Part shown: one piece after another, positions 61,309 to 64,000 of the stretch
How positions within the stretch are numbered: position 1 is the stretch's first letter
Layout of the letters: each line of letters begins with the position of its first letter
Source: Prorocentrum cordatum
Taxonomy: Eukaryota
DNA length: 64,000 bases
NCBI GenBank assembly: GCA_963575745.1
Contig: CAUYUJ010000192.1
Location: 186,001 to 250,000, forward strand
Direction of reading: 5' to 3'
Program-made: the position numbers and the translations under genes
The notes under the pieces: generated by a model
Told to the model about the DNA's origin: nothing
The model's database searches: none
What the model saw: only the letters and a program-made list of their open reading frames with translations

Positions 61309-62120
61309 TCCGCCACCGTGCCCTCGAGGCACGAGGTCGAATGCTCTCGGGTCCCTTGCTCGGCCCCCTTGGAGCCTCCCTGCCCGGACTCGACACTGCC
61401 ACTCGGCGTGACCCCTGGGACTGCTGGCGTGCCGGGGCGCGCTGTCGCACGACTTGCTCGGGCCCAAGAGGGCCCTCAGAAGGACGAAGAGGGCCGCAAC
61501 AGCCCCCCCCAAGACGATCCTCAAGGGCGTCGAATCGCCGAGCGATGGGTTCGACACGCCCAAGATGGCTCCGAGACGGCCCAAGAAGCCGCCCAGATGC
61601 CCCAAGAGAGCTCCAAGAGCTCTCCCAAGAGGGCCCCAGGAGCCCACAACTGTAATCCCCTTAGGGTGGTGACAGATTCTAGCTTCTTGGCCGCCCCAAG
61701 ACGGCCCAAGAGGACCTCAAGCTGGCCCCAGAGGGCGTATGGCCCCAAGACGGCCCAAGAGGGCCCCACACGGGAGGACTCGAATCGAAAAGCCGAGCTT
61801 TCCTGCCCACCGGGCCCCCCGCAGGCCCCAAGACCCCCTCCAAGAGACCCCCAAGAGTCTCCAAGAGGTACCTGCGAGGCCCAAAAGAAGCCTACAAGAG
61901 GCCTGAAAGAGTCCACGAGAGGCCCCAAACTGGCCACCTAGAGGCGTCAAAACTACCTCGAAGAGGCCCCCGAGGGGCCTCCCCCGAGATCCCAGCGAAC
62001 ATCCTAGAGACACGCATTTCAAGAAGCTCCCGAATGCCACTCCAAGAAATCCCGAGAAGCATCCGAGTCCCCTGGCCCACAACACGGGCACAGAGGTGGG
62101 GTGGGCCGAAGGCCATCAGA
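61309..62120 (+). mobile_element. 812-bp A|T-inserted element with asymmetric inverted repeat and GAA-triloop hairpin, interrupting the CDS
   Basis: Starts tccgccaccgtgccc; imperfect inverse gggcacagaggtggg at 62086-62100 (11/15); hairpin ggcc-gaa-ggcc at 62104-62114; ends atcaga|t. Removal gives GGC CTG GTA CTA TTC GGT AAC (GLVLFGN). Confidence 0.85.
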
Positions 62121-63884
62121 TAGTACCAGGCCGATGCGCATATCTTCTTGGCCATAGTAAACATTCTGGTACCTGCTGGTGAGGTTTAGGGCAAAATTCT
62201 TGACGATGTCGAAGCCCGTCTGTCTCAGAGAGCCGCTGCCATCGACTGCAATGACAAGGTCCTGCTTCGCGATGCAGATCTCATCGCCGACGCAATCCTG
62301 GGTGTTGCATTCCCTCATCTGCAAGCGGTCGGGGTGCTTGGGCGAGGGGCACCTTCCGTTCGCGCGGATGGGGATGTCCACCTTGCGCACGCGCTCCTGG
62401 ATCCCGCCGCCGCAAGCCATCGAGCAAGGCTCCCAGGCTGTCCACGGCAGGAGCGAACAATCGCGATCGCACGAACCAGTGTTGCACGGCTGCTCCTCGA
62501 GCGTCGCGTCGCACTCCGTGCCACCGTTCTTGGGCTTCGTCAGGATGGAACGGGTCTTGCCCTGCGTGCCACCTCCGCATTCCTTCGAGCACTGTGAGAA
62601 ACCAGACCATGCGGACATCACGCAGTTCACTGGGCAATGGAACTGGTTACACTTCATGCCTGCGGTCCCGTTCTTCCGCTCATAGAAAAGCGGCGGGCAA
62701 GCCATGCCGTAACTGTTCGGTGATACGATGATCTGCCTCGTGAGGTGCTTCATCCCGCCGCATGCTTGGACATCAACGCCACCGACATCAACTGGGCAAC
62801 TGTCATCGCAATCCACGGGATGCGAATTGCCTCTCCCATCGGTGGTGCATGGTCCCGCGGACCAGTCCGTCAGGTCGCAGTCCTTGATGCTATGCGTGGG
62901 CGAGACCTTGCTGTACCTCATGAGTGCGTTGCGCACTGTCCGAGTGCCGCAAATGTTCGTGTAGAGGATCTCGGTCATGCGCTTCTTGCAGTCGCCCATT
63001 TTGGAGATATAAGCCTTATCGATGTCGCGGTGTTGCTGCTGTTTCTCGCGGGTTGCAGCGGTGATAGAATTGATCTCGGAGATGGCCTCTCCCAGCATCT
63101 CCGTGAATTTCATCTTGTTCGACCTCAGAGTTGCGATCTGCTCGTTCATGTTCTCCTTCTCGCCCTCGTAAGCGTCGCGGTTCTGCTGCATCTCGTACGT
63201 CAGCTCGTCGACGAGGTCCTTGAATTTGCCCCACTCAAGTGCCATGATGTCGTGGAGGAGGCCGCAATTCACCTGGCCGTTGATGCACTTCCTCGAGCCG
63301 CCCGACGGCGTCTTGACCCGATGAGGAGGTGGCGCCTGGCCCAGCTGCAGCAGCGAGGCAGCCTGACCGTCCTTCGTGCCCAGGATCTCGCGCAGGGCAT
63401 TCTGCACGCGCGGCGACCGCCGGATCTTGGCCGCGAGGGCGGTGTTGTTGGTGTCCACTGCGACCCCGTCAGGCGTGTCGCAGACGTCGAACTGAGCGAG
63501 GGAGTACGTGTCGTCCCCGTAAGCGTTGGGGCACTTCGACAGCTGGAGGATGGCGGTGAACACGTCCTGGTCGTCCTCGCGGAGGTTCAACTCGTACTGA
63601 TTCTTCTCACGGGTAGACTGGAAGCTTCGCTTCAGGTTGTCGAGGGCTGTCTCAAGATCATCAATTCGAGTTTTCATGTCCGCGATGCCGCCTTCAGCCT
63701 GGGCCTTCATGCGCTCCTTGTCAGCCTGATCCGAGCCGAGGTGCTCCAGATCAGTGACCACCTGGCTGAAGACCATGCGGTTGCTCTCCTCAAACTCCTT
63801 GCAGTCGACCTCGACGTTGTCAAGCTGCAACCAAGCATCGTACATCATGTTGTTCAGATACACGCGGCCTTTCGCCAACGACAC
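62121..63884 (-). CDS. Large exon of a probable secreted/adhesin-like protein: coiled coils + three thrombospondin type-1 repeats + start of vWA domain
   Basis: 588 open codons after acceptor gctcAG|GTG. TSP1 motifs WSGFSQCSKECGGG..R and WTAWEPCSMACGGG..R; vWA MIDAS DLVIAVDGSGS. Upstream exons lie outside the window. Confidence 0.92.
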
Positions 63885-64000
63885 CTGAGCGACGACGCAA
63901 AAAGAGGGTCTTACAAACGACTGCACAGCTACCATGCGCTCTGGCCTACGCACGCCGCCAGCACGGCACACTGCGAGAGAACGATAACGACCACGCGCGG

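Noticed and set aside
63885..63971. N-terminal 29 aa of ORF 62019-63971 as the true start
   Set aside because: Non-ATG start, no signal peptide, and a phase-0 cAG|G acceptor at 63886-63885 indicate intron sequence.
1..64000. tRNA, rRNA or bacterial-type genes and operons
   Set aside because: No recognisable signatures found by eye; a tRNAscan/Infernal run would be needed to exclude small RNAs.

Overview
GC-rich, repeat-saturated eukaryotic genomic DNA, most likely from a dinoflagellate (inferred from two relict 22-nt dinoflagellate spliced-leader sequences and GC-AG / GA-AG introns). Most ORFs in the supplied track are artefacts of microsatellites and GC-rich repeats. Supportable content: (1) 1-27 kb is a patchwork of microsatellites, minisatellites and palindromic MITE-like repeats. 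(2) About 27.7-45.9 kb is a head-to-tail, all-plus-strand run of decayed retroelements: a gag/Zn-knuckle/protease unit, an RT+RNase H LINE, an ORF1+APE LINE with the RT core deleted, and an APE+RT+C2H2 LINE with an extra 3' ORF. Most junctions in this run are (CCT)n tracts, and two of the elements start with a spliced-leader relict. (3) A minus-strand host gene (coiled-coil + 3 TSP1 + vWA; 5 exons, 858 aa in the window, 5' end outside it). The most striking observation: two of this gene's four interruptions lack spliceosomal ends. They are elements with identical terminal geometry (5'-TCCGCCAC, asymmetric inverted repeat ending 20 nt from the 3' end, GNA-triloop hairpin), inserted at A|T, and their exact removal restores the reading frame. 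A second family with the same architecture carries interchangeable satellite cargo elsewhere in the window.
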